Positions 63,553 through 64,000 of a DNA stretch of 64,000 nucleotides are shown here, in pieces; the first letter of the stretch is position 1; every line of letters begins with the position of its first letter. The DNA is from Dehalococcoidia bacterium. Its GTDB lineage: Bacteria > Chloroflexota > Dehalococcoidia > Bin125. The notes beneath the pieces were generated by a model, which saw nothing but the letters and a program-made list of their open reading frames with translations, was not told the DNA's origin and did not search any database. Location: the NCBI GenBank assembly GCA_022822375.1, contig JAJEBU010000126.1, positions 2,361-66,360 of the forward strand, in the 5' to 3' direction. The position numbers and the translations under genes were made by a program.

Positions 63553-64000
63553 ATGGAACCGATGGCGCTCGAAGTCGATCTGGACGGGTTGGAATCGGAG
63601 GCGCGGAGCGCGCTGGCCACGGCCAACGACGCTGACGCGCTGGAGGATTGGCGCGTCGATTGGCTCGGCCGTCGCGGCCGCCTGACGACCGTCTTGCGCG
63701 GCGTCCGTGATCTGCCAGTGGAGCAGCGCCCCGCGATCGGCGCCGGCGCCAATCGACTGAAGGGCGAGCTGGAATCCGCTCTTGCCGCTCGGCAGGCCGA
63801 GCTGGTCGCTGCCGAAACCGACGGTCCGACCATCGATGTCACCCTGCCCGGGCGCCGCCCACCGCTCGGATCGCTGCATCCCGTCACGCTCACCAGGCGA
63901 ACGATGGAGCGTACCTTCCGTGACCTGGGCTTCGATGTTGTGGAAGGCCCCGACATTGAGCTTGAGGAGTACAACTTCGACCGGCTGCGCATTCCAGCTG
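63553..64000 (+). CDS. pheS: phenylalanine-tRNA ligase alpha subunit, 3' end runs off the window
   Basis: Not in the ORF track; manual translation gives ...LGRRG.LT...RPAIGAGAN...IDVTLPG...GSLHP...GF.VVEGP.IE..YNFD.L.IP; alternative start at 63562. Confidence 0.93.
   Translation, partial: MEPMALEVDLDGLESEARSALATANDADALEDWRVDWLGRRGRLTTVLRGVRDLPVEQRPAIGAGANRLKGELESALAARQAELVAAETDGPTIDVTLPGRRPPLGSLHPVTLTRRTMERTFRDLGFDVVEGPDIELEEYNFDRLRIPA

Overview
A 64 kb, high-GC, densely coded core-genome region. The likely source is a Chloroflexota (Dehalococcoidia/SAR202-like) bacterium, inferred from the RpoD insertion, the PurN and EF-P variants, and the LLM, hydantoinase and P450 genes. It holds about 46 genes: central metabolism (mdh, aconitase, acyl-CoA carboxylase beta, ppsA, acuI), translation (rplY, rlmN, fmt, gatB, rluB, efp, alaS, pheS), DNA metabolism and transcription (dnaG, rpoD, topA, dprA, xerC, xseAB), cell envelope (glmS, glmU, yvcK, mltG, LysM, Ig-like and lamin-tail proteins) and shikimate genes (aroQ; aroE-orf-aroC-aroKB). 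I found no rRNA, tRNA, CRISPR array, transposase or prophage, and no clear-cut novel multi-gene system. The best leads are: an in-frame TGA in aroE at the NRTxxR arginine; an MltG with the Asn (muramidase-type) variant; recurrent leaderless-promoter geometry; an 11-bp triplication at the glmS 3' end (the attTn7 position); a long hairpin in the alaS leader; a low-GC orphan gene; and an uncharacterised membrane protein coupled into the aro operon. All family assignments come from motif recognition, not database searches.
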